Assembly (NCBI GenBank): GCA_000999715.1
Contig: LCGL01000002.1
Coordinates: 26,136-90,135 of the forward strand
Length of the DNA stretch: 64,000 bases
Reading direction: 5' to 3'
Origin: Candidatus Falkowbacteria bacterium GW2011_GWF2_43_32
GTDB lineage: Bacteria; Patescibacteriota; Patescibacteriia; Patescibacteriales; UBA12465
Part shown: in pieces, positions 18,452 to 26,636 of the stretch
Numbering within the stretch: position 1 is the first letter of the stretch
Layout of the letters: each line of letters begins with the position of its first letter
Notes under the pieces: model-generated
Database searches by the model: none
The model's input: the letters and a program-made list of their open reading frames with translations, nothing else
Told to the model about the DNA's origin: nothing
Made by a program: the position numbers and the translations under genes

Positions 18452-19360
18452 ATGAACGAGATGAAAGTCATCAGCGATCCGGCGGCGGCGCGCGACATTT
18501 GGGAAAAGTTATCGCCTCAAGAAACGATTTACGATTCTTGGGATTTTCGCGCTTGTTTTTATCGCCACGATCCTCAGCCCTTGCATTTCTATGTTTATTA
18601 CGAACAGGATGAAGCGGTGGCTTTGTTGCCCCTGCAGTACAATCGGGAATTGAATTGCCTGGAATTTTTGGCCGAGAATTTCATGGAAAATAATCGGCCC
18701 TTTTTCAAGGCCGGTTATGAATATTTATTGCCTCGGCTGTTCAATCAAGACTTTGAACAGGCGGTCAAAATTTATGATTTGGACGGGATAGACGACTTTA
18801 CGCGATCCTTGCCCTTGGAAGATTACGTTTATTTTATTTCTTTATCCGGCTTGACCGGCTTTGAAGATTATTTGACGAGAGATTTTTCCGACCGTAAGAA
18901 GCGGATTAAATTTCGTCGCCTCGCCGCGCGCTTGGAGGAGGAGCACGCGGTGAAAATTATCATTAATGATTTGGCCGATTTGGATTTGATTATGGATTTG
19001 AATGCCGCCAGTTTCGGGACGGAGTCGTATTTGAAAAAGGAGCGGGAGCGACAACCTTTCCATGATTTGTTGAAACTGCCTTGGGATTGGCAACTGGTGA
19101 CGATTAGCGTGGACGGAGTAAAAGTGGCCGGCTCTTTATCCGTTAATTATCGCGGCACTTATTTTTATATGATTGCCGGGGCGGATACCGGTGCGGTGCC
19201 CGATGTTTTTAAATATTTGACTAAAGTTAATTTGGAGTTGGCGATTAAAATCGGCGCGAAAATTTTTAATTCTTCTCTGGGAGATTGCAATTGGAAAAGT
19301 CATTGGCATATGGATAAATTGCCGCAGTATAAGTTTATCAAACTGAAGGAAAAGGTTTAG
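18452..19360 (+). CDS. GNAT-fold acyltransferase of the CelD/BcsL / FemAB-like (Acetyltransf_6) type
   Basis: 302 aa starting 5 nt after the ATP-grasp gene. The overall pattern (W..L......YDSWDF...; C-terminal GAD.G...FKYL...LAI..G...F..S) resembles Acetyltransf_6 proteins. The assignment is by eye only. Confidence 0.45.
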   Translation: MNEMKVISDPAAARDIWEKLSPQETIYDSWDFRACFYRHDPQPLHFYVYYEQDEAVALLPLQYNRELNCLEFLAENFMENNRPFFKAGYEYLLPRLFNQDFEQAVKIYDLDGIDDFTRSLPLEDYVYFISLSGLTGFEDYLTRDFSDRKKRIKFRRLAARLEEEHAVKIIINDLADLDLIMDLNAASFGTESYLKKERERQPFHDLLKLPWDWQLVTISVDGVKVAGSLSVNYRGTYFYMIAGADTGAVPDVFKYLTKVNLELAIKIGAKIFNSSLGDCNWKSHWHMDKLPQYKFIKLKEKV

Positions 19361-19381
19361 GGAAGTAAAAACCCCCGTTTA

Positions 19382-19411
19382 TTGGCGTATTTTTTAAGGA
19401 CATGCTATAAT
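19382..19411 (+). promoter_or_regulatory. promoter with extended -10 (TGCTATAAT) for the HU gene
   Basis: TTGGCG at 19382-19387, an 18-nt spacer, TG at 19403-19404 and TATAAT at 19406-19411. This implies a ~130-nt leader. Confidence 0.45.
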
Positions 19412-19548
19412 ACTCTAGTAAATATTGGGTTTTCAACAGGTGGTCTTTGATAATTGCGATAAACATTAATTAAATTTATATATTATCTTAAAAGGGTTTT
19501 AATATTGAGCTGTCTTGCATAGCTTATTATTGGCACCCCCAAAAAATT

Positions 19549-19830
19549 ATGTCAAAAATGACAAAATCACAGATGATCGCCTCCTTGGCGGAAGCGACCG
19601 GTTTAAGCAAGAAAGACACGGTGGCTTTTATGGATAAACTGGCCGACTTCGTCTACAAGGAAGTGAAGAAGTCCGGTGAATGCATTGTTCCGGGCTTCGG
19701 CAAGTTGGTGAAAGCGCATCGCAAAGCCAGAGAAGGCCGTAATCCGGCGACCGGCGAAACCATCAAGATAGCGGCTAAAACCGTGGTCAAATTCCGCTTA
19801 GCCAAAGCGGTTAAAGATGCCATTCTTTAG
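19549..19830 (+). CDS. hup: DNA-binding protein HU
   Basis: 93 aa with MTKSQMIASLAE...GFGKL...REGRNPATGETIKI, the HU/IHF signature. Confidence 0.9.
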   Translation: MSKMTKSQMIASLAEATGLSKKDTVAFMDKLADFVYKEVKKSGECIVPGFGKLVKAHRKAREGRNPATGETIKIAAKTVVKFRLAKAVKDAIL

Positions 19831-19863
19831 TCGTTGGCAGTAAGAATTCGGTTTCTCACATAC

Positions 19864-19897
19864 AAAAACCGTCCTAACGGAATCTAGGACGGTTTTT
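19864..19897. terminator. bidirectional rho-independent terminator
   Basis: AAAAACCGTCCTA...TAGGACGGTTTTT lies between the convergent hup and HTH genes. Confidence 0.75.
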
Positions 19898-19921
19898 ATT
19901 ATTCGGTTTAACGGATGACGA

Positions 19922-20185
19922 TCATAGCCACTCGGCGACATATTGGCCCAGGCCGAAATCCTTCAGTTTATTCTTCAGCTTGGTATTTTTATGAAGATAC
20001 ATCAACAGGGAACCGAATTCAATCTGGTAGCGGTTCTTGACGATCCGATAACGCAGATTCTGGTCGGTTTTAATGGCCCGCCTGATGGTTTTTCCTTGAA
20101 CCCCGCCTAAATTGGCGGCCTCGGAAACTGACACCCAAAGAGGCGATTTGATTTCTTTAGTTGGCAAAATTATTTGTGGCAACAT
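19922..20185 (-). CDS. small helix-turn-helix DNA-binding protein (MerR/excisionase-like HTH_17 type)
   Basis: 87 aa. WVSVSEAANLGGVQGKTIRRAIK looks like an HTH_17-type helix-turn-helix. The first of three 28-bp palindromes sits in its promoter region. Confidence 0.55.
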   Translation of the reverse strand: MLPQIILPTKEIKSPLWVSVSEAANLGGVQGKTIRRAIKTDQNLRYRIVKNRYQIEFGSLLMYLHKNTKLKNKLKDFGLGQYVAEWL

Positions 20186-20203
20186 TTTAAGGTTTTTATA
20201 GTA

Positions 20204-20231
20204 TTTAAGTCTACAATATTCTAGACTTAAA
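20204..20231. promoter_or_regulatory. 28-bp palindrome copy 1 (TTTAAGTCTA-N8-TAGACTTAAA), putative operator
   Basis: Perfect 10-bp arms with an 8-bp spacer. It lies directly upstream of a TATAAA -10-like element of the HTH gene (minus strand). Confidence 0.6.
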
Positions 20232-20265
20232 CAAGGGAATTGGCTAATAAAAAATTAAAAATATA

Positions 20266-20293
20266 TTTAAGTCTACTATAGCTTAGACTTAAA
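20266..20293. promoter_or_regulatory. 28-bp palindrome copy 2 (TTTAAGTCTA-N8-TAGACTTAAA)
   Basis: Arms are identical to copy 1, with the same 8-bp spacer length. It lies 62 bp from copy 1. Confidence 0.6.
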
Positions 20294-20372
20294 CACGATT
20301 ATTTTATTTAAAAATGTCAAAATTAAAGCGGTTTATAAATTAGAGCGGCTAGAAATGGAAAAATATTTTGAA

Positions 20373-20400
20373 CTTAAGTCCATACTGAATTAGACTTAAG
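20373..20400. promoter_or_regulatory. 28-bp palindrome copy 3 (CTTAAGTCCA-N8-TAGACTTAAG)
   Basis: Same architecture as copies 1 and 2. It shares the TTAAGTC half-site core, with one arm mismatch. Confidence 0.5.
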
Positions 20401-20729
20401 TTATATTATTTTAAACCTTTTGCCCGGAGAAAGTCAATAAGGGGGCTTAGGTCAGTTTGTTTGGATTAGCTTGTTTAAGACATCTTCGGGTATTAGAGAA
20501 ATGATCAAGCGATAACAAAGGGATAGTCAGGCAAGCATAAAGCGATAATCAGGCAAGAGTAAAACGGCAATAAAGAGCGAATAAAAAGCGTAATAAATTT
20601 AGGATAGACTGTTAATAATTAATTTGCTTTTCAATATTTCTTGTGATAAAATAATCTACGAGAATTAAAAATGATTTATTGGCGGCGGGGCTTATTTCCC
20701 GTTATTTTTTGTTAAAAACATTTCTTAAA

Positions 20730-21311
20730 ATGTCCATCAATTTGGTGCAAAAATTTAAAGACAAACAAGCTTTGACTAAGCTGAAAAACCGCGATAAAGA
20801 GGCGTTTATTGAGGTTTATGACAATAATGTCAAGGAAATAAACCGTTTCGTTTATTTTAAAATCGGCAAGCGGGAGGAGGCCAATGACCTGACTTCCGTG
20901 ATTTTTTTAAAGGCTTGGAATCACATTCAAAATAAAACCTTGGAAGATGCCAATACTTTACGGTCTTTGCTTTATAAAATCGCTCGGAATTCCATCATTG
21001 ATTACTATCGGGAAACCGGCAATAAGTTGACCGTTTCCATTGATGACGAAGATCATCGGGTTGATGTCGTTGACGAAAAAACGAATTCCCTGGAAATGAT
21101 GGAGCAAAATGATGATATAAAATTGATTAAAAGTCAACTGCCATTTTTAAAAGAAGAGTATCGGGAAATTATTATCATGAGGTTTATCAATGATTTATCT
21201 TTGGAGGAAATCGCGGAAATTAGCGGAAAAACCAAGGGAAATATCAGGGTATTGATTCATCGCGCTCTGAATGCCTTGCGGGAATTGGTGGAAAAAACGC
21301 AAAAATCTTGA
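20730..21311 (+). CDS. RNA polymerase sigma factor, sigma-70 family (ECF-like, regions 2 and 4)
   Basis: Region 2-like FVYFKIGKREEANDLTSVIFLKAW and region 4 HTH YREIIIMRFINDLSLEEIAEISGKTKGNIRVLIHRALNALR. The ATG at 20730 is preferred over the ORF-track start at 20679. An extended -10 TGATAAAAT lies at 20644-20652. Confidence 0.8.
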   Translation: MSINLVQKFKDKQALTKLKNRDKEAFIEVYDNNVKEINRFVYFKIGKREEANDLTSVIFLKAWNHIQNKTLEDANTLRSLLYKIARNSIIDYYRETGNKLTVSIDDEDHRVDVVDEKTNSLEMMEQNDDIKLIKSQLPFLKEEYREIIIMRFINDLSLEEIAEISGKTKGNIRVLIHRALNALRELVEKTQKS

Positions 21312-21374
21312 TTTTACTGTAACTTTTGTGGAGTTTATCCGTATATTATAGTGTGAGATACTCATCATAAAAAA

Positions 21375-22244
21375 ATGACCAATAAAGATATTCTCGCCAA
21401 ATTGAATAATTTGAAAAACGTCAATCCCGATGCCGCTTGGTTAACAAGCAATCGGGAATTGTTGTTGACTCAGATTTCCAATTCCGGCGCCGCGGACTTA
21501 TCGTCCGGCAGAATTATCTTAATTAACTTTCAGAGTGTTTTACAAGCTATTTCTCGCCCGGCCTTTGCTTTGGGCGTTTTTGTTTTTGTTTTGGTTTCCG
21601 TCAGTCTGTTCAGTCACGAATTGTTTAATAAAACCAAGCCGAATAATTCCTTATATATCGCTCGGGTGATTTCGGAAAGATTGAAGTTGAATACTACTTT
21701 CAATTCCGTGGAACGCGACAAGTTGGAAGTTCGTTTTGCTTCCAATCATGCTCAGGAAATTTCCGCGATTTTAGCCGATCCGGAATTCAATACCGAGGCC
21801 AATAAAGATCAGGTAGCCAAGTTAAGCAATGATTTCAATAAAGAAGTCGTTACGGTTAAGAGTCGGATAAATCGTATCAGCCGCGTTAACGCGGTGACGC
21901 CGGTAACCGTTCCGGCCGATGAAGTGATTATCGCCGATAGTGCCAAAGAAGAAGCCGGCATCCAATTGGCGGAGGGTCGGTCTGCCGAGGAAACGACAAT
22001 AACGACACCGATTATCGTTGAAGAAGCGGTGACGACCGTACCGGAAACGGCGGCGACGTCGGCGGCGACGTCGGCGGCGGAAGTGGCGGAAGTGGTGGAA
22101 GAAGTTGCCACCAGTACCGCCGTGACGGTTGAAGCGCCGACCGAGGCCGACAAAATATTAGATGAAGCGCAACAGCTGTTTGATCAAAAAGATTACGGCA
22201 AGGCTTTGGATAAGCTCAAAGAAGTTGACGAAATTATCAAATAA
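21375..22244 (+). CDS. single-pass membrane protein downstream of sigma factor (possible anti-sigma / DUF5667-like)
   Basis: 289 aa with one central TM helix (PAFALGVFVFVLVSVSLF) and an Ala/Thr/Glu-rich extracytoplasmic part. The call rests on position after the sigma gene. Confidence 0.4.
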   Translation: MTNKDILAKLNNLKNVNPDAAWLTSNRELLLTQISNSGAADLSSGRIILINFQSVLQAISRPAFALGVFVFVLVSVSLFSHELFNKTKPNNSLYIARVISERLKLNTTFNSVERDKLEVRFASNHAQEISAILADPEFNTEANKDQVAKLSNDFNKEVVTVKSRINRISRVNAVTPVTVPADEVIIADSAKEEAGIQLAEGRSAEETTITTPIIVEEAVTTVPETAATSAATSAAEVAEVVEEVATSTAVTVEAPTEADKILDEAQQLFDQKDYGKALDKLKEVDEIIK

Positions 22245-22738
22245 AGATCGGTCAAGCAAAAAAATCGTAATTAAAATTTTAAAGTGATTGGCGCGCGTTT
22301 GTTAGTTTATCTCTTTCATCCTTAATCCCAGTTGAAGATTCGTCCTCTGCTTCGGATGCGGCCGGAGATAAATTAACAAATTCGCGTCTGCGAATTGGCG
22401 AACCGCGTAAAGGTCGTACTCGGATTTTCCGGGTCGGTTTGTCCCTTACTAACCTTATTATTTTCAATTCCAAGCTCTGACGATTTATCTGTCTGAAGAT
22501 GGTAAATCGGTTAAGCTTTTCTCCAGTCGGCGGGCAACACGCGCTTGACTGGCAGAACTTTTATGAAGATCAGTCAGTCATCGCCTTAAGCTTTCAGCCG
22601 AGTGGCGGAGCGGGATTCCGACTGATTTACAATCTGAAAGATTATTTATCCGACAGAGCGGCGAATTGAATGATTGTCATTGTTAATTTGTTCAAGCTAC
22701 CATTGTTTGGACAATTAACATGATCCTAATTATTACTT

Positions 22739-25700
22739 ATGAAAAAATTACGCAAATTCTTAGTCAGCAGCGTAATGGTATTAACGGTTGTCGCCATGAG
22801 TGGCGTAGTCGTTCCTTCTGTCAATGCGGCCGCTTCGGCGGGCGACTTGATTAAGATGGAAGGCAACTCTTCCGTTTATTACCTGGGCGCTGATGCTAAG
22901 AGATACGTTTTCCCTAACGAAGCTACCTACATGTCCTGGTACTCCGATTTCAGCGGTGTGGTCACTATTCCCGCGGCTGAATTGCAGAGCTATGCCTTAG
23001 GAGGCAATGTTACCATGAGACCGGGTACCAAGTTAGTGAAAATCACTACGGATCCTTCCGTATATGCCGTTGAAACCAATGGCACATTAAGAAAGATTCA
23101 GAGCGAAGCCCAGGCGGCTGCCTTATACGGCACCAACTGGAACACGAAGATTGTTGACGTTCCGGATGCTTTCTTCACGAACTACAATGTCGGTTCGGTT
23201 TTACCGAGCGGTCAATATTCTATTGGCAGTTTAATAAAAAATGCCGGCGCGTCCGAAATTTTTTATTATGACGGCACCAGTTATCGGAAGATTACCAACG
23301 AAGCGGCTTTCAATGCCAATCGGTTCAACATGGCTAACGTCTTAACGGCGTCAACCACAGTTTCCGGTACCGGCACGGAAATTTCCGCAGTTGAAACCGG
23401 ATTAGTCAATGTTTCTCAGGGTGCTTCCACTCCGGATGCGGTTATTACCGGTTCCGGTTTGATGGTTTCCTTGAGCTCCATGACTCCGGCGGGCACCGGT
23501 ATTCCGGCGGCCTCTCCGATGGATTTCTTGAAAGTTAACTTAACGGCGGCCAACGATGGCGCGGTCAATGTTTCCGCGATCACCTTAACCGCTTATGATT
23601 TAGGTACTTCTACCTTTATTGATGAAGTTACTTTCTATGATAACGGCGTTAAAGTCGGAACTTCCAAGAACTTTACTTCCGATCGCGTCGCTTCCTTTAG
23701 TTTCGCGACTCCGATTGTCGTTAATGCGGGTACGACCAAAACTTTAACCGTCAAAGCGACGATTGAAGCCAGTCAGACCGGTAATTTCGCCATCGGTATT
23801 GCCAAGGCGGCCGATGTTACAGCCACCGCTTCTGCGGTTACCGGTTCTTTCCCGGTGGTCAGCAACACCATGTCCATCGTTTCCGGTGCGACTATCGGTA
23901 CGGTTGGCTTGACCAACGCGGTTACTACCGATACGACCAACAAATTCGGCGAAGACAATGTCTTATTGGCGGAATTTGATTTGACGGCCAATAACGAGCC
24001 GGTTCTTATCCAGTCCATCAAATTACGGAATGGCGGAACCGACACGACCGGCATCGTCGATAACTTGAAGTTATTCGTTGATGGCACGGAAGTGGCTTCC
24101 GGCACCTATGCCGACAAATATGTGACCTTCTCTCTTAACAATTATAAAATTGCCAAGAGCGATACGGTTCAGCTTGAAGTCAGAGGTGATTTGGGTGTAA
24201 CCAACAACAACGATACTTTTGTTTTGTATATCAAAGACGTTAACGATTTCGGTTTTATCGGTCAGGATTATGGTTTCGGCGTACAGCTTACTACGGCCGG
24301 TTTAGCCAATCTTGACACCACGACCGAAGGCATCACCGTGACTTTGACCACCGGTCAATTCACGATTGATATGGATAAGAGCGCCACTCCGGCCAAGGAT
24401 GTCAAAGCCGGCGATAATGACGTTGTCTTAGCGACTTTGGTGATGAAATCCAATGGCGAAGACGCTTTATTGGAGCAGATTGTGGATAGCGGTGGCAATG
24501 ATTTTGAAATCAACGGCACCGGCTTAGAGGCTGACGAAATTGAGAACGTGGAAATGCGCGATGTCGCCACCGGCGCCGTCTATGACATTACCGCGACTCG
24601 CGTTGGCAGTACGCAATGGACTTTGTCTATGACCGATGAGATTACTTTGCTCAAAGGCGTAGCCAAGACCTTCCAGATTCGTGCCGATATGAGCGACAGC
24701 GTAGCTGTTGGTGGAAATGGCGGTCCGATTGACGATGGCGATACTTTATATGTTGTGTTAGATGGCGCGGCGATGACTATCACCGGCGAAACCTCTAACG
24801 CTTCCATTACTGATATTACCCCGTCTTCCGTTACTTCCGCGACTGTGACTGTTAAGGACGCTTCCTTGACTTGGACTCCGACCGCTTTATCAACCCAGAC
24901 GGTTGTCGGCGGTGCCCAGGATGTCGTGGTTTATCAGGCTTCCTTGAAAGCCGGTACGGCCGATGGTATTAAATTGTCTTCAGTGACGATTTCTACCGAC
25001 GGTGCTGATACGGCCTTCACCGATGACGATATTACCAAGTTAGATTTATATTTGAACGGGAAACTGCTCAAATCCGTTTCTAACAGCATTGTGGAAACCA
25101 CTGGCGGAGCTGACGGTTATATTACTTTCAATTCCTTTAGCAGTGAAGCCGACGCGACTATCGCGGCCGGTGCCACGGTTAATTTAATGGTTAAGGCGTC
25201 TTTTGCCTCCACCGTTACTGCGGCCGGTACCTTTGATTTGGAATTAGAATCCGCTGACGATGCTACTTCTCGCGCGGTTTCCTCCAATGACTCGGTTACC
25301 GAGACTGGTACTATTTCCGGCGTTTCCGGTAATATTACCACTACCGCTAAAGGTACTTTGAAGGTTGAATTATTGGTAACTGATGTTAAAGCCGACGAAG
25401 ATACTCATATCTTAGCCGGTTCCGCGGTGGCGGCCGATCGTTACTTGGCTGAATTGAAATTCACCACGGAAAACGAACCGATCAAGGTTACCAGATTGAG
25501 ATTGGAAAATAGCGGTACTTCCGCTTCTGACGATGTGGCTTCGGTGAGATTAGTTACCGGTAGCGGCACTATCGTAGCGGAAGAAATTCCGGAAGCGGAT
25601 GGCGACGTCTTGTTTGATCCGTTTGACTATGTCTTAGCGGCCGATCAGACGACCAGCTTGTTTATCGCTCCGGTGGTCAGAGGATTGAATGTCTTAAACG

Positions 25701-26413
25701 ACCCGACTTCCACGGCTGACTACAACGAAACCATGATCTACAACATTGATGATATTGCGACCGGAGTTGTCGCCACAGGCGTAAACTCCAGCGCCAGCAT
25801 CACTTTAGTTGTCGATCCGGACGCCGATACAGTAGCGACCGGTCAATGGGCCGCGGCTTCCATTACTTCCAACACCGCGACTATTGTCGGTTCTGCTTTG
25901 ACTACCATTACCAACGCTATGAGTGACGCGACTTTGACCGGCGGTACCGCCAAAATCTTAGGCAAATACACGTTTGTCTTTGACAACGGCAGTAACAGAA
26001 ACGCTTCCAATGAAGAATTGAAAGCTTATCTGGATGCTCTCAAGGTAACTGTCAACAAGAGCACGGCGGTGGTTATTACCAATGTTAATGCTCAGATTGA
26101 TGGCACCGCTACCAAGGTAGCCGGCGACATCACCACTTTGGGCAATGGTAATACTTCCGGTTCGGTTGACTGGTTGACGACCGAATTGCAAGGTTTGGCG
26201 GATGGTGGTAAATTAGACGGTACAGTGACTTTGGTCATCACCGGCGATGTTACTACCACTGACGCGACCAGCGAATACGTTCAGACTTCATTGGCTGATG
26301 TCTATGGCGCTGGCGATGTCGATTACATCGGTAACGGTGCGACTGATGGCACGATTTTGACTGCCACCTATCTGCCGGTTGCCGAAGTTATCGGCGGTAC
26401 CTTGTCCGAGTAG
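22739..26413 (+). CDS. large secreted cell-surface protein (S-layer-like)
   Basis: 1224 aa with a Sec signal (MKKLRKFLVSSVMVLTVVAMSGVVVPSVNAAAS). The composition is Cys-free and rich in Thr/Val/Ala/Gly/Asp, with many beta-rich repeats (...VTLT.., ...LKVNLTA..). The N-terminus has tandem ~80-aa modules. Confidence 0.6.
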   Translation: MKKLRKFLVSSVMVLTVVAMSGVVVPSVNAAASAGDLIKMEGNSSVYYLGADAKRYVFPNEATYMSWYSDFSGVVTIPAAELQSYALGGNVTMRPGTKLVKITTDPSVYAVETNGTLRKIQSEAQAAALYGTNWNTKIVDVPDAFFTNYNVGSVLPSGQYSIGSLIKNAGASEIFYYDGTSYRKITNEAAFNANRFNMANVLTASTTVSGTGTEISAVETGLVNVSQGASTPDAVITGSGLMVSLSSMTPAGTGIPAASPMDFLKVNLTAANDGAVNVSAITLTAYDLGTSTFIDEVTFYDNGVKVGTSKNFTSDRVASFSFATPIVVNAGTTKTLTVKATIEASQTGNFAIGIAKAADVTATASAVTGSFPVVSNTMSIVSGATIGTVGLTNAVTTDTTNKFGEDNVLLAEFDLTANNEPVLIQSIKLRNGGTDTTGIVDNLKLFVDGTEVASGTYADKYVTFSLNNYKIAKSDTVQLEVRGDLGVTNNNDTFVLYIKDVNDFGFIGQDYGFGVQLTTAGLANLDTTTEGITVTLTTGQFTIDMDKSATPAKDVKAGDNDVVLATLVMKSNGEDALLEQIVDSGGNDFEINGTGLEADEIENVEMRDVATGAVYDITATRVGSTQWTLSMTDEITLLKGVAKTFQIRADMSDSVAVGGNGGPIDDGDTLYVVLDGAAMTITGETSNASITDITPSSVTSATVTVKDASLTWTPTALSTQTVVGGAQDVVVYQASLKAGTADGIKLSSVTISTDGADTAFTDDDITKLDLYLNGKLLKSVSNSIVETTGGADGYITFNSFSSEADATIAAGATVNLMVKASFASTVTAAGTFDLELESADDATSRAVSSNDSVTETGTISGVSGNITTTAKGTLKVELLVTDVKADEDTHILAGSAVAADRYLAELKFTTENEPIKVTRLRLENSGTSASDDVASVRLVTGSGTIVAEEIPEADGDVLFDPFDYVLAADQTTSLFIAPVVRGLNVLNDPTSTADYNETMIYNIDDIATGVVATGVNSSASITLVVDPDADTVATGQWAAASITSNTATIVGSALTTITNAMSDATLTGGTAKILGKYTFVFDNGSNRNASNEELKAYLDALKVTVNKSTAVVITNVNAQIDGTATKVAGDITTLGNGNTSGSVDWLTTELQGLADGGKLDGTVTLVITGDVTTTDATSEYVQTSLADVYGAGDVDYIGNGATDGTILTATYLPVAEVIGGTLSE

Positions 26414-26427
26414 TTCCAGAAATTCTT

Positions 26428-26460
26428 GAATAGTTTTCCCGATTTCCTTATTCAATAAAT
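26428..26460 (+). repeat. 33-bp direct repeat, copy 1 (GAATAGTTTTCCCGATTTCCTTATTCAATAAAT)
   Basis: 31/33 nt identical to 27308-27340. Together the two copies bracket the NYN gene cassette. Confidence 0.85.
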
Positions 26461-26469
26461 CGGAACAGC

Positions 26470-26520
26470 AAAAGAGCCCTCCGTTATCCGCCAGTTGGCG
26501 GAGGCGGATGGGCTCTTTTC
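26470..26520 (+). terminator. long-stem rho-independent terminator
   Basis: AGAGCCC/TCCG/TCCGCC pairs with GGCGGA/CGGA/GGGCTCT around an AGTT loop, followed by TTTT. Confidence 0.65.
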
Positions 26521-26636
26521 TGTTGGGGGAGGGAGGGGTGGTTTTATCGGGTTCTGGTTATGAGGGACCAATTTCTTTATTTTTTCTTTAGAAAAAATTT
26601 ATCTCGGCTTCATCGGGGTTGTATTATAATAGTTGA

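Noticed and set aside
15499-19360. Microviridin/graspetide-like RiPP cluster (two ATP-grasp modules + GNAT)
   Set aside because: The composition superficially recalls MdnB/MdnC/MdnD. However, the ATP-grasp modules look Ddl-like and LAL-like, not RimK/graspetide-type. No short precursor with a Thr/Ser/Lys/Asp/Glu-rich core or PFFARFL-like leader is present. The GNAT is the large CelD/Fem type.
22279-22473. 64-aa minus-strand ORF in the S-layer leader
   Set aside because: It is Arg-rich, has no RBS or promoter context, and lies in a hairpin-dense region that is better explained as RNA.
22245-22738. tmRNA, SRP RNA, 6S RNA or a known riboswitch in the S-layer leader
   Set aside because: I could not find the tRNA-like 3' end (GGTTCGA.TCC...CCA) or a resume codon or tag, nor the SRP domain-IV motif. 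No aptamer consensus I know (c-di-GMP, glycine, TPP, SAM) was present on either strand. It is kept only as an unclassified structured leader.
26525-26541. G-rich run GGGGGAGGGAGGGGTGG as a G-quadruplex
   Set aside because: There are only three solid G-runs plus a GG. It lies right after a terminator and there is no evidence of function. It is noted only as part of the NYN cassette.
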